Below, piece by piece: positions 29,453 through 39,334 of a DNA stretch of 64,000 bases. Numbering within the stretch: position 1 is the stretch's first letter; each line of letters starts with the position of its first letter. The position numbers and the translations under genes are program-made. This stretch comes from Abditibacterium sp. (GTDB lineage: Bacteria; Armatimonadota; Abditibacteriia; Abditibacteriales; Abditibacteriaceae), in assembly GCA_965199495.1 (NCBI GenBank), contig CBDASK010000003.1, positions 3,424,001 to 3,488,000 on the forward strand, read 5' to 3'. Under the pieces are notes generated by a model. The model was not told the DNA's origin. It did no database searches and saw only the letters and a list, made by a program, of their open reading frames with translations.

Positions 29453-29653
29453 GCGGAAGCATTTGTGAAAACCCAAAGAATGAATTGGCGTGCGCAACGT
29501 CGGCATTGGATGTGCGTTGGAAAATATGCAAGGTAAAATATCATGAAACCAAAAATGTTCTCCAAACCCGTCCGATGGCTCCTCGAAGGCGCGCTCGCTA
29601 TCGCCGCAAGCGGCGCGATTTTCTTTTTGAGCTAACGCCGCAATTCTCCTTTT

Positions 29654-30106
29654 ATGAACTCGCGTGAGCGCACCCGTTGGATGCCGTGGACAGACCCGAT
29701 TTGTCTGGCGGCGTGGGGTGCGTATTGTCTCAATCGTTTCGTGTTGGCGCCGCAATGGGGCGATACATTGCCGTTTTTGCGCGAACACTTCAACGATTCC
29801 CTGCTCATTCCTGCCGCGTTGCCATTGCTTTATTGGGCGCGTTTTGGGTTGGGATTGCGCGAAACCGATGCGCCGCCAACGTGGCGCGATGTTTTGTTGT
29901 GGTGCGCGGGTTGGTCGCTCTTCTTCGAGTGGATCGGCCCCCGCTATTTGCATTATTCGGTCGGCGATTGGGGCGACGTGGCTGCTTATTTCGTCGGTGG
30001 CATCATCGCGGCGGCGTGGTGGAATCGCGGTTGCAAACGCGCTCATAAACGCGAAATGCTCGAAGCAAAACAGGGTGGACGAAGCGGCGCGTCTCCATTA
30101 AGCTAA
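29654..30106 (+). CDS. hypothetical membrane protein
   Basis: Hydrophobic ORF with LNR, HFND, FE and GDWGDVAAY motifs. Confidence 0.6.
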   Translation: MNSRERTRWMPWTDPICLAAWGAYCLNRFVLAPQWGDTLPFLREHFNDSLLIPAALPLLYWARFGLGLRETDAPPTWRDVLLWCAGWSLFFEWIGPRYLHYSVGDWGDVAAYFVGGIIAAAWWNRGCKRAHKREMLEAKQGGRSGASPLS

Positions 30107-30117
30107 AGTGCCCCCTT

Positions 30118-30525
30118 ATGGAACGCACCCTCATTGTTTTGAAACCCGACTGCGTGCAGCGCGGTCTGTGCGGCGACGTTTTGTCCCGCTTCGAGAAGCG
30201 CGGCTTTAAAATCGCCGCCATGAAACTGCTCACCGTCTCCAAAGACCTCGCCGAGCAACATTACGCTGAACACGCCGAAAAACCGTTCTTCCCCGGATTG
30301 GTCGAGTTCATCACCGGCGCGCCGAGTTTGGCGATGGTTTTGGAGGGTCAGGACGCCATCGCGCTATCGCGCCAGATGATCGGCGCGACCAACCCGCTCG
30401 ATGCCAACCCCGCCACGATTCGCGGCTCGTTGACCAACGACAAACAGTTCAACCTGATTCACGGTTCGGATTCCGCTGATTCGGCCAGCCGCGAATTGAA
30501 GTTGTGGTTTCCCGAATTGAGTTAG
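30118..30525 (+). CDS. ndk: nucleoside diphosphate kinase
   Basis: KPD, HYAEH, GATNP, TIRG, NLIHGSDS. Confidence 0.97.
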   Translation: MERTLIVLKPDCVQRGLCGDVLSRFEKRGFKIAAMKLLTVSKDLAEQHYAEHAEKPFFPGLVEFITGAPSLAMVLEGQDAIALSRQMIGATNPLDANPATIRGSLTNDKQFNLIHGSDSADSASRELKLWFPELS

Positions 30526-30607
30526 TTTTCTTCGCTGCACCATCTGCCCGTAGAGACACGACAAGTCGGTGTCTCTACGGGCAGATGGTGCAGCGAAGAA
30601 AACTAAC
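30521..30607. repeat. 39-bp perfect inverted repeat centred on a GTAG-REP (variant B)
   Basis: gttagttttcttcgctgcaccatctgcccgtagagacac / gacaagtcg / reverse complement. Confidence 0.92.
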
Positions 30608-30611
30608 AAAG

Positions 30612-30651
30612 AAAAAGCGACGAGCAAATTTTCATTTGCTCGCCGCTTTTT
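30612..30651. terminator. bidirectional intrinsic terminator
   Basis: aaaaagcgacgagcaaat...atttgctcgccgcttttt. Confidence 0.75.
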
Positions 30652-30663
30652 GCTTATCCAAAT

Positions 30664-31998
30664 TCACGCCCGAATCACGCCGCGATAATCTTTGGCATCC
30701 GCCGCGAAACCGGGGAAAACCGCTTGCATATCTTTCAGCCCCATGTGTTTGTCGGCGATTTCGGCGAAGACGCTACGAAAATCGGTCGTGACGGCCAAGT
30801 CGCGGTTTTCATACAATTTGTCGGGTGCCAAGCCGGGCCATTGGCCCAGCACTTTGCCGCCAGCCACGTCGCCGCCCAGCGCGATGAAACAGGTGCCGTG
30901 ACCGTGATCCGTTCCGCCGTTGCCGTTCTGGCGCGCGGTGCGACCAAACTCGCTCATCGTCAAAACCGTCACGTCGGCCATGCGGTCGCCCATGTCCGTC
31001 CAGAACGCGGCCAAACTTTGGCCGACATCGCCCAGACGGCGCGCCAACTGGCCATTGGCGCCGCCCTGATTGGCGTGCGTGTCCCAGCCGCCGGTTTCGG
31101 CGAACGCGATTTCGGTTCCGACATCGGCTTTGATCATCTGCGCGATCTGTTTCAGCGAACGGCCCAACTGCGAGTTGCCATAATTCGCGTTGCCGTCGGG
31201 CGCGTATTTATTGGGGTCTAAGCTCGACAGAATTTTGATTGCCTCGAAGGTTTCCTGACCGGTGCCATGCAAAACGTCGCCGACCGCGCCATCGTAAAGC
31301 GCCTCGAATCCGCCGTTGTTATTGCCGCCGCCCATCGAAGCCATCGCGGTTTTTCCGCCGCCGCCACCACTCATGCCGCGACCGACGCCAAAAGTCGCTA
31401 AATCGGCAATCGCGAGCGCGTCGGGATCGCCGTCGAGCGAGCGCGGCAAACGCGCGGTCATCGCGACGGTTTGGATTTGCTTGCCGTGGCTGGTGTCTTC
31501 GGGGCACTGCGCCGAAACGCGCGCCAGCCAACCGGTATTGATGGATTTGTTGCCCGGCACCGCCGATTCCATGTAATCCTGCGCGTCGAAGTGCGAGCGC
31601 GTCGCGTTGGGCGAGCCGACCGCCTGAATCGGCGCCAGATGCCCGGCGTCGTAAATCGGCTTGAGCGCCGCCAACGCCGGGTTCAATCCGAACTTGCCGT
31701 CCAAATCAATCACGCCGCCTTCGCCCGAACGCGCCAGAGCGATGCCATTGTTGCTGACCGAGCGCAGATTATAATAATCAGCGTCGCCGTGCGGCACAAC
31801 AACCGATAATCCGTCAACGGCGCCGCGCAGGAAAATGCAAACCAGCACTTTCTTGCCACCCGCCTTGCGCGTGTTGCGCTGTGCGTCGGCGGCAAACGCC
31901 GTCCCACGCAGAAAATCGGGGCCAAGGCCCGGCATCAAGCCAATCGAAGCCAGCGCCAGAGCGCCGGACTTAAGAAATACGCGTCGTGAAGTGTTCAT
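30664..31998 (-). CDS. DUF1501 family protein with Tat signal
   Basis: SRRVFLK, FLRGAVDGL, RSHFDAQ, GGWDTH, SEFGRT, GTDHG. Confidence 0.92.
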   Translation of the reverse strand: MNTSRRVFLKSGALALASIGLMPGLGPDFLRGTAFAADAQRNTRKAGGKKVLVCIFLRGAVDGLSVVVPHGDADYYNLRSVSNNGIALARSGEGGVIDLDGKFGLNPALAALKPIYDAGHLAPIQAVGSPNATRSHFDAQDYMESAVPGNKSINTGWLARVSAQCPEDTSHGKQIQTVAMTARLPRSLDGDPDALAIADLATFGVGRGMSGGGGGKTAMASMGGGNNNGGFEALYDGAVGDVLHGTGQETFEAIKILSSLDPNKYAPDGNANYGNSQLGRSLKQIAQMIKADVGTEIAFAETGGWDTHANQGGANGQLARRLGDVGQSLAAFWTDMGDRMADVTVLTMSEFGRTARQNGNGGTDHGHGTCFIALGGDVAGGKVLGQWPGLAPDKLYENRDLAVTTDFRSVFAEIADKHMGLKDMQAVFPGFAADAKDYRGVIRA

Positions 31999-32005
31999 TT
32001 TTTTG

Positions 32006-32122
32006 GGTGACAAGTGACAGGTAGTAAGTTTCAGGTGAAAGCGGGTTGCGAAGTCGAAGTTACGCGTGAGCTTTCGCGTGCGGTAACTCACTTGATACTT
32101 GCCACCTGACACTTGTCACCTG
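32006..32122. repeat. degenerate ~7-bp tandem units arranged as an inverted pair
   Basis: ggtgacaagtgacaggt...tcaggtga / tcacttga...acctgacacttgtcacc. Confidence 0.6.
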
Positions 32123-32132
32123 ATCCTGCCGT

Positions 32133-33935
32133 TTATCGTCGTTGGAATTCGGGCGAACCCAGAATCAGCGCGCGGACTTTGGCGCCGTCGCCGGGAGTGG
32201 TCTTAATTTCGTCTTGAATTGTCGAAAGCGATTGTGCGCTGAGCGGCGCGCTGAGCAGGTTGTCGGCGACAGTAGCCACGTCGGTGTTGCGGAAGGTATC
32301 TTTTTCGATGGCGACATCGCCGATGCGGCCCGTCGTCAGCGACAAAGCGAAGTTGAGGCGCGAAATCAAGGCGCTCGACGAAACCCATTCCTGCGAGTTT
32401 TCGGGGTAACCCGTCGGCGCCTGATAGCCCCACAACGGCTGGCCCATCGTCGCGATTTCTGAAGCGAGCGGGCGGCGCGGCAGGTTGCCGCGATTGTTGC
32501 TGCGGTCGCGCGAGGAAAGTCCGATTAAAGTCAGCCACTGCCGTTGGCGCGGGTTGTCGGGGTCGGGCAGGGCGAAGGTGCCATCGAGCGCGCGCACCGC
32601 AGAAACCGCGAATTCGAGCGGCGACTTGATTTTGGAACGATATGCGCCTTTCGAGTTGAATTCGGGCGTGGCAAAAAGCGCCGCGTAAACCGTTTTCAAA
32701 TCGCCGCCCGAATCGGTGAACGACTTGGCGACGGCGTCAACGGCGGATTGGGGCGGCGCGTCGGCGATGAATCGCTGGCACAACTGAAACGCGATATGCT
32801 TGGCCGTGGCTGGATTTGAGGCCAGAATATCCAAAACCATTTCGCCATCTTTCTGCCCTCCGCCAGCGGGAATGGTGTGGCCCAACACGGTTTTTGCGCC
32901 GTTATCGTGCGCGAAGGGACGGAACATAAAGTTCCCATCTTGACCAACGCTCCAACCGGTGAAACAGCGCGCCACTTCGGTCACGTCCTGCTGCGTGTAA
33001 CCGCCATCAACGCCCAGCGTGTGCAACTCCATGATCTCGCGGCCATAATTTTCGTTGAGGCCGCCCGCTTTCTTTTTGACTTGCTGTTTGCCTTGCAAAC
33101 CGCGCTGGCCGCGTCTGGCGTTGACCCGCGTCGCGTTATCGGCGGTCGAGGTGGCGTTATCCAAATAAACCATCATCGCCGGGCTGTGGGCCGAGGCGCC
33201 CAGCAGTTCGCGAAACGAGGTGAAAACGTGCGGGCGAATCGTAGCGCGGTCATCGAGCAATTTGAGCGCGCTGACCTGCTTTTTGTTCACGTCGAGATTG
33301 AAGTGATTGCTCCAAAAGTCCACCAAAACTTCCTGCAACTGCCGCTTGGAATCGGTGGCGCGCGCCAGTTTGGCGGCGCTGAGTTCGCCTATCGCCTGAT
33401 ACAAAGTGCCGGGGTCTATACCGGCGGCCTGCATATCTTTGATCGTCTGCTCTTCGCGCTCGTTGAGAACCGTGGGCTTTTGCTGGCCCGGCGTGGCTGC
33501 TTGCCCGCCAGCGACGCGTTGCTGCTCCTGAATCGCGCGCCGGATTTTGCCGTTGTAGCCTCGATAGGCCAACAACAAATAATCGGGCGTCTGGCTCAAC
33601 AATTTGAGCGTGCCAAGTTCCGCGTCCAGCGCGCTATCGTCAATCGAACCGGCGTTGATTTGCCCGTTAATCCAACGATCCAATCCCATTTGCTTAACAG
33701 CAGCCACGTCGCCGGGACGCGGCCCAAACGTCAGACGATTGATCGCGTTGAGAATTTTCTCGTCGCCCATCAACGGCGCTTGCCACTTCGCGTCGGTGGA
33801 AAGGTTCGCCGCGTTCATCGCCGGAGCTTTTTGACCGGACGCTTTGGCGACAGGCTTGGGCGCGGCCCAGACCAGAGCGGGCGCAAAGGCCGCGCTCAGC
33901 AAAGCGGCTCGGAGCAAAAAAGAAGGACGTTTCAT
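32133..33935 (-). CDS. DUF1800 family protein
   Basis: RLTFGPRPG, FWSNHF, YLDN, NENYGREIMELHTLG, KIKSP, SPEFQRR; usual partner of DUF1501. Confidence 0.93.
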   Translation of the reverse strand: MKRPSFLLRAALLSAAFAPALVWAAPKPVAKASGQKAPAMNAANLSTDAKWQAPLMGDEKILNAINRLTFGPRPGDVAAVKQMGLDRWINGQINAGSIDDSALDAELGTLKLLSQTPDYLLLAYRGYNGKIRRAIQEQQRVAGGQAATPGQQKPTVLNEREEQTIKDMQAAGIDPGTLYQAIGELSAAKLARATDSKRQLQEVLVDFWSNHFNLDVNKKQVSALKLLDDRATIRPHVFTSFRELLGASAHSPAMMVYLDNATSTADNATRVNARRGQRGLQGKQQVKKKAGGLNENYGREIMELHTLGVDGGYTQQDVTEVARCFTGWSVGQDGNFMFRPFAHDNGAKTVLGHTIPAGGGQKDGEMVLDILASNPATAKHIAFQLCQRFIADAPPQSAVDAVAKSFTDSGGDLKTVYAALFATPEFNSKGAYRSKIKSPLEFAVSAVRALDGTFALPDPDNPRQRQWLTLIGLSSRDRSNNRGNLPRRPLASEIATMGQPLWGYQAPTGYPENSQEWVSSSALISRLNFALSLTTGRIGDVAIEKDTFRNTDVATVADNLLSAPLSAQSLSTIQDEIKTTPGDGAKVRALILGSPEFQRR

Positions 33936-34160
33936 GGGCATCTCGCGGAAATTACCGCTTGCGCCTCGTCGTCCGACCAAAAAAGAAAGCGTTGCCCGGT
34001 GAGGAGAGATCACCGGACAACGCCAGCACCCTAAGACTATCTTTCAGTCCGATAGGTTGCGCATTGTCAAGTAATCTTGGCAAAAATCCTTTAATAGGTG
34101 AGACGAGAAATTGAGGCGTTTTAAAATGGGCTATTTATAGTATCAGCCCGCCGCTATTTT

Positions 34161-34607
34161 CTACTGCGCGCCATTGGCCATCGGTTGGGCGTTGCCCGTG
34201 GCTGGTGTCGCCGGAGCTGCGGGCGTCATTTTGTTTTTGCCGCCGGGCTTATCTATGGCTTTGGCCTGATCTTGCGTCAGTCCAGTCGCCTGCGCCATCG
34301 CCGCATAAAAAGTTTCGTTGGCCGCTTTGACGGCGGCTTCGCGGGCGCGCAGAGCGGTCGTCAATTGGTCTTTGACTTCGGGCGTTAGCGGTTTGCCGGT
34401 TTGAGCTTCAATGGCTTTGGCCATGCGGGGCGTCAGTTTTTTGCCCTGCTTTTTGCCCGCGCCCGCGCGCTTGCCAGCTTTTCCAGCTTTGCCAACATTG
34501 GGCGCGGGCGCTTCGGGTTGGGCATACGAGGTTTGGGCGAAACCCAACGCGCCAAGCGCGATGGTGGCGACCAACAGACGGGGCGCGAAATTGCGTGTAT
34601 TTTTCAT
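34161..34607 (-). CDS. secreted Ala/Lys-rich hypothetical protein
   Basis: Signal peptide; co-oriented with DUF1800/DUF1501. Confidence 0.7.
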   Translation of the reverse strand: MKNTRNFAPRLLVATIALGALGFAQTSYAQPEAPAPNVGKAGKAGKRAGAGKKQGKKLTPRMAKAIEAQTGKPLTPEVKDQLTTALRAREAAVKAANETFYAAMAQATGLTQDQAKAIDKPGGKNKMTPAAPATPATGNAQPMANGAQ

Positions 34608-34757
34608 GCTAATTTGGAAAGAGAAACTAACGACTCACCTGCTCTTTGATGATTGCAATAAGTGATGGTTCCGGCCCGAAAGGCCCGCGTAATAAAAGTT
34701 CAGATTAAGCGCGCTGGCAAAGTTTAAGAAGTTCCTTTTTTAGTTCAATTTCTCTGT

Positions 34758-34775
34758 TTGTGAAATTTTTCCCAA
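34758..34775. promoter_or_regulatory. probable Rex operator
   Basis: TTGTGAA-ATTT-TTCCCAA, one mismatch to TTGTGAA-N4-TTCACAA, upstream of rex. Confidence 0.75.
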
Positions 34776-34857
34776 AGTCTGGCGCAAGGATTGTAAAATA
34801 AAGAGGGCGCGCTCTTTTGCAGCTGTGGGCGCGCCGTTGTTTTTGCAGGGAACACCA

Positions 34858-35502
34858 ATGGAAACCAGACCGCCCGACGGATTGACGCGCATTCCCGAAC
34901 CGACCATCGAGCGGCTGAGCGCCTATTTGCAATGCGTGCGCGTCTTGCGCGCCGAATCGCACGCCTCGGCTTCGAGCGCCGAAATCGCGCGGCGCACCGG
35001 CATTCACGCGGCGCAGTTGCGCAAGGATTTATCGTATTTCGGCGAGTTCGGCAAACCGGGTTTGGGCTACGATTTGGCGGCGCTCGAAGCGCATCTGGCG
35101 CGCATCATGGGTTTGGACAAAGAGCGCGATGTGCTGTTGGTCGGCGCGGGCAACCTGGGGCGCGCGCTTTCGAGTTATACCGGATTCGGGCGGCGTGGCT
35201 TTCGCATTGTGGCGGCGTTCGATGTGGACGCGCACAAAGTCGGCGCCAAATTGGGCGAGTGTCCGGTTTACGATTTGGGCGAATTAAAACGCGTCAACGC
35301 GAAGTTGGGCGCCGAAGTCGGTATCGTAGCGGTTCCGACGGCGGCGGCGCAAGCAGCCACCGACGCCTTGGTGGAAGCGGGCGTGCGGGCGATTTTGAAT
35401 TTCGCGCCCACAACGGTCGAAGTGAGCGAGAAAATTACTGTGCGTAACGTTGATTTGACATCGCAGATGGAGATTCTTTCGTATTACTTACGGGTGGAAT
35501 AA
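34858..35502 (+). CDS. rex: redox-sensing transcriptional repressor Rex
   Basis: IPEPTIERL..Y, QLRKDLSYFGEFGKPGLGY, GAGNLG, ILNFAP. Confidence 0.96.
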   Translation: METRPPDGLTRIPEPTIERLSAYLQCVRVLRAESHASASSAEIARRTGIHAAQLRKDLSYFGEFGKPGLGYDLAALEAHLARIMGLDKERDVLLVGAGNLGRALSSYTGFGRRGFRIVAAFDVDAHKVGAKLGECPVYDLGELKRVNAKLGAEVGIVAVPTAAAQAATDALVEAGVRAILNFAPTTVEVSEKITVRNVDLTSQMEILSYYLRVE

Positions 35503-35585
35503 GGCGAGCGCGCCAATAACGAAGAGATGGGGCGCGGGCTTTGCGGCGAAACGCGCATAATTGGGATTAAATCCAAGAGTTGACA

Positions 35586-36920
35586 ATGAATCATTACACC
35601 AACGGAAACGGCGGGGCCGCTGGCGCAACCAACGGCGCGCAGGGCGAAACGGCAATCGAGCCGGGCGAAATCACGGCTCTTCTGGAGCCGCGTCCCGATT
35701 TGCATCGCGCGCTGGAAGAGGCCATCGAAATTTCGGCGCGTCGCGGCACCGCGCTCGCCGACGTTGTCAAAGCCAACACCATTAAACCCAACGGCATTAA
35801 GCCCGGCGTGGCTGCTTCCGACGGCCAAAAGAATAGCGCGAAGAACGGCGCGAAAAATACTGGCAAAGAAGCCGAATTCGCCACGCCCGTCCCGCATCGC
35901 GACAATCTGCCGCCCGAAGCGCTCGAAGGCATTCGCTCGGTGGACATCATGCAATCGCTGGCGCCCCTCGCGCCGCGCATGAAATCGGTCGAACGCGAAA
36001 TCGAGCGCATGATCACCACGCCGGTCAAACTCGTCGCCGACATCGCCGGGCACGTTCTGGGCGCGGGCGGCAAACGTTTACGCCCGGCGCTGGCTCTTTT
36101 GGCCGCGCAAATCTGCGGCGACGACGGCGATAATCCGGCGCCACGCGCCGTGACCTGCGCGTGTTTGGTCGAATTGACGCACACCACGACGTTGCTGCAC
36201 GACGACGTGGTTGATGGAGCGACAACGCGGCGCGGCAAGCCCGCCGCCAATTTGGTTTGGGGCAACGAAACCAGCGTTTTGGTCGGCGATTATCTATTCG
36301 CGCAGGTTTTCGTGACGGCCTCGCGGCGCGGCATCGCCGAATTGATGCACCCTTTGGCGCACGCGACGGCGCAAATGTGCGCGGGCGAATTGCTGGAAAC
36401 GCAAATGCGCGGCTTCTGGGAGATGAGCGACACGCAATATCTCGAAATCGTGGCTTTGAAAACCGGCTCGCTGACCGAATGCGCCACGCGCATGGGCGCT
36501 CTGGCGGTCGAAGCGAGCGAAGAGCAGGTCGAGGCGCTGGGCAATTTCGGGCGCTTCATTGGCGTCGCGTTTCAAATCGTGGATGACGTGTTCGACGTGA
36601 CTTCGACTTCGGACGAAATCGGCAAACCCGTCGGCAACGATTTACGCGAAGGCGCGATTACGCTGCCGATGTTGTGGACGCTCAAACATTCGCCCGACGC
36701 CGACGAACTGCGCGATATTTTAGCGAGCGAAGAAAAAGAAGACGCGCAGGTTGTGCGCGCGCTGGAAATCATGCGCGCGGGCGACGCCGTCACGCGCTCG
36801 CTGAAACTGGCGCGCGATTACACTGACAAAGCCAAAGCGCAATTAGATATTTTCCCCGACAGCGAAGCGAAAGTCATGTTCAACGACATCGCCGATTACG
36901 TGTTGTCGCGGGAGAAATAA
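35586..36920 (+). CDS. polyprenyl diphosphate synthase with low-complexity N-terminal extension
   Basis: GGKRLRP, LLHDDVVD..RRG, GDYL, KT, FQIVDDVFD, GKPVGNDL. Confidence 0.93.
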   Translation: MNHYTNGNGGAAGATNGAQGETAIEPGEITALLEPRPDLHRALEEAIEISARRGTALADVVKANTIKPNGIKPGVAASDGQKNSAKNGAKNTGKEAEFATPVPHRDNLPPEALEGIRSVDIMQSLAPLAPRMKSVEREIERMITTPVKLVADIAGHVLGAGGKRLRPALALLAAQICGDDGDNPAPRAVTCACLVELTHTTTLLHDDVVDGATTRRGKPAANLVWGNETSVLVGDYLFAQVFVTASRRGIAELMHPLAHATAQMCAGELLETQMRGFWEMSDTQYLEIVALKTGSLTECATRMGALAVEASEEQVEALGNFGRFIGVAFQIVDDVFDVTSTSDEIGKPVGNDLREGAITLPMLWTLKHSPDADELRDILASEEKEDAQVVRALEIMRAGDAVTRSLKLARDYTDKAKAQLDIFPDSEAKVMFNDIADYVLSREK

Positions 36921-36924
36921 TTTA

Positions 36925-37020
36925 GGGGACAGGAGAAAAGGGAGACAGAAAACAGGGATAAGCGACATATCAAATGAAATTCGCCTCACCTGTCTCCCTT
37001 GTCTCTTGTCTTCCGTCTCC
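36925..37020. repeat. purine-rich/pyrimidine-rich degenerate inverted short tandem repeats
   Basis: gggacaggaga..gggagacag / ctgtctcccttgtctcttgtc. Confidence 0.5.
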
Positions 37021-37027
37021 TTGTAAA

Positions 37028-37603
37028 ATGCTCACGGCCCATCGCGTTTTTAAACGCTATGAATCGCGTTTGGTTTTGCGCGATCTCAGCTTTGAAATCG
37101 CGCCCGGCAGTTGCGTGGCCGTGCTGGGGCCAAACGGCGCGGGCAAATCCACTTTATTGCGATTGGTCGCCGGATTATTAACGCCGTCGCGCGGCGAAAT
37201 CTTGTGGCGAGGTGCAGCCACGCGCGGCCAGTGCGCGCTTAGTGCGCCCGATGCGCCGGTTTATCGTGAGCTAAGTTGTCTGGAAAACCTCAAATTTTTT
37301 AGTGGCGGCGCCGACAACGAAGCGTTGAGAACTCATTTGTCGAATTGGAACTTGGGCCAGCGCGCCAACGATTTGGCGGGCGAACTGTCGTCGGGACTTC
37401 GCGCGCGCCTGGGTTTGGCCGTGGCTGCCTGGTTCGAGTCGCCGATTTTGTTATTAGACGAACCTTCGGCGAACTTGGACGAAGCCGGACGCGAACTCGT
37501 CCAAACGTTAATCGCGGCGCAACGCGCGCGCGGCGTGACGCTGTTGGCCACCAACGATGCGCGCGATTTGAGTTGGTGCGATGGCGAAGTGCGCGTGAGT
37601 TAG
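37028..37603 (+). CDS. ccmA: heme exporter ATP-binding protein CcmA
   Basis: GPNGAGKST, LSSG, LLDEP; first of the ccm genes. Confidence 0.88.
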   Translation: MLTAHRVFKRYESRLVLRDLSFEIAPGSCVAVLGPNGAGKSTLLRLVAGLLTPSRGEILWRGAATRGQCALSAPDAPVYRELSCLENLKFFSGGADNEALRTHLSNWNLGQRANDLAGELSSGLRARLGLAVAAWFESPILLLDEPSANLDEAGRELVQTLIAAQRARGVTLLATNDARDLSWCDGEVRVS

Positions 37604-37620
37604 CGCGTTAAACTCGAATT

Positions 37621-38319
37621 GTGACTTCGACTTCCCCCAACGCTACGCTTCGCGCTTCGCCGGTTTGGTGGCGCGGCGCGTGGGCCGTCGCCGTCAAAGA
37701 TTTCCGCTCCGAATGGCGTTCGCGCGCCGCGTTTAATGCCATCGCGTTGTTCTCGCTCGCCGCGCCAGTCGCGCTGGGCTACGCTTTAACTAATCTCAAA
37801 CTCGAACCCGAAGTTTTGGGCGGATTGTTGTGGACGACCTTATTTTTCGCCGCGATGGTCGGTCTGCCGCGCGCGTTCGTCAAAGAAGAAGAGAGCGGCA
37901 CATCGGCGCTCTTACGTTTGCATTACAGCGCGCAATCGGTCTTGTGGGGCAAAGTGTTGGGACAATTGATTCTATTATTGTCCACGCAAATCGCGGCGGT
38001 GCCGTTGTTTTTGCTGTTGTTTAATGCCAAAGTCGCGCAGCCGTTTTCTTTGTTGGCGATTCTGATCGGCGGCGATATTGGTCTGGCGATTTCGTCGTGC
38101 ATCGTCGGCGCGATGGCGGCGCAGGCGCGCGCGCGCGGCGCATTGTTTCCGGCTTTGGCGGCGCCGCTTTTGTTGCCGCTTTTGGCGACGCTTTCGGTCG
38201 CGACGGGCTTTGCTTTTGGCGCGCGGGGCGATATTTGGCCCGCCATGAAAGTGATCTTGGCCTTCGACGTGGCTCTACTCGCGGCATCGTGGATTTTGTT
38301 CGATTTTGTCTGGGACTAA
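37621..38319 (+). CDS. ccmB: heme exporter membrane protein CcmB
   Basis: KDFRSEWRSR, RAFVKEEESGT, PLLLP motifs. Confidence 0.9.
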   Translation: MTSTSPNATLRASPVWWRGAWAVAVKDFRSEWRSRAAFNAIALFSLAAPVALGYALTNLKLEPEVLGGLLWTTLFFAAMVGLPRAFVKEEESGTSALLRLHYSAQSVLWGKVLGQLILLLSTQIAAVPLFLLLFNAKVAQPFSLLAILIGGDIGLAISSCIVGAMAAQARARGALFPALAAPLLLPLLATLSVATGFAFGARGDIWPAMKVILAFDVALLAASWILFDFVWD

Positions 38320-38429
38320 GCACCCGTAGAGACACCGACTTGTCGTGTCTAAAACGTTTTAATATCCACCTATTTACGTTTTAGACATCCGCCCAGGGGG
38401 CACCCGGTCGGTGTCTCTACGGGTGCTTA
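38317..38429. repeat. GTAG-type REP doublet (variant B); right arm interrupted
   Basis: taagcacccgtagagacaccgacttgtcgtgtctaaaacg ... gtcggtgtctctacgggtgctta. Confidence 0.88.
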
Positions 38430-38489
38430 CTTCCATATGCAAAAGCTGACAGCCAAAGCTCACCTAATTCGTCCAAACTATCAATTCTC

Positions 38490-39134
38490 ATGAATATCTT
38501 GATTGGAATCTGGATTACGATTTCCATCGTCGCGGCGTTTCTGGTGCCCGAAGTGCGCGAACTCAACGCGACGCCCATCGCGTTTTTTCATGTGCCGATG
38601 GCCATCACCATGTTCGGTTGCTTTTTCGCGGCGGCGTTTTGCGGCCTCTGTTGGCTTTCTTATCGCGATGAACGCTGGGACGCGTGGTCGCTGGCGTGGG
38701 GCGAAGTCGGTTTTGCCGCCGGTTGCATTACGTTTCTGACGGGACTTGTTTTCGCGGGCGCCAACTGGGGCGCCTATTGGACGGGGGATCCGCAGCAGGT
38801 CGGCGTTCTGGGCACTTTGATGCTTTATGCCGCGATGCTTTCGCTGCGCTCGGCGATTGACGACGACGGCAAAAAACGCAATTTCTGGGCGGTTTACTCG
38901 CTGTTTGGTCTGTTAGTCGCGTGCTTTGGCGGCTATATTTATAGTCGCATCGTGCCGCCCAACGCGAGTTTGCATCCCAACGGCACGCTCAAAAATTCGT
39001 CGGCGATTTATAAGTTCGTGTTTACTTTCAATATTCTCGGCTTTTTTCTGTTGATGAGCCGCATCACGTTCTTGCGTGCTAAGCTGGAACGCGTCAGCAA
39101 CCGTTTGCGCGAGTTGAGTTGGGAGGCGATTTAA
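38490..39134 (+). CDS. ccmC: cytochrome c biogenesis protein CcmC
   Basis: FFHVP, WGAYWTGDP (WWD-type motif), LHP. Confidence 0.88.
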   Translation: MNILIGIWITISIVAAFLVPEVRELNATPIAFFHVPMAITMFGCFFAAAFCGLCWLSYRDERWDAWSLAWGEVGFAAGCITFLTGLVFAGANWGAYWTGDPQQVGVLGTLMLYAAMLSLRSAIDDDGKKRNFWAVYSLFGLLVACFGGYIYSRIVPPNASLHPNGTLKNSSAIYKFVFTFNILGFFLLMSRITFLRAKLERVSNRLRELSWEAI

Positions 39135-39136
39135 AA

Positions 39137-39298
39137 ATGGGAAACAAAGAAATGTTCGTTTTGGCCGTCACGCTGATAACGTGGGCGGGCGTGTTTGTAT
39201 ATTTGGTTCGTTTGGACGGCATCGCCAAAAAACTGGAGCGCGAATTAAAATATCGCGAGGAAGAAAAATCGCCCGTCGAATGGGGTGAGCGTCCTTAA
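39137..39298 (+). CDS. ccmD: CcmD family small membrane protein (not in the ORF track)
   Basis: Manual translation MGNKEMFVLAVTLITWAGVFVYLVRLDGIAKKLERELKYREEEKSPVEWGERP; one TM helix plus charged tail, directly after ccmC. Confidence 0.8.
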   Translation: MGNKEMFVLAVTLITWAGVFVYLVRLDGIAKKLERELKYREEEKSPVEWGERP

Positions 39299-39334
39299 AA
39301 AGGATGCGCGATTTTATAGCGTAACTGAAAAATT

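Noticed and set aside
29449..29667. 72 aa ORF between the TPR gene and the membrane protein
   Set aside because: No motif and atypical composition; not supportable as a gene.
32877..34034. 385 aa ORF antisense to DUF1800, and similar long shadow ORFs (11462-12070, 41273-41989, 48951-49778, 54033-54755)
   Set aside because: They overlap well-supported genes, have no recognisable motifs and are expected in GC-rich DNA.
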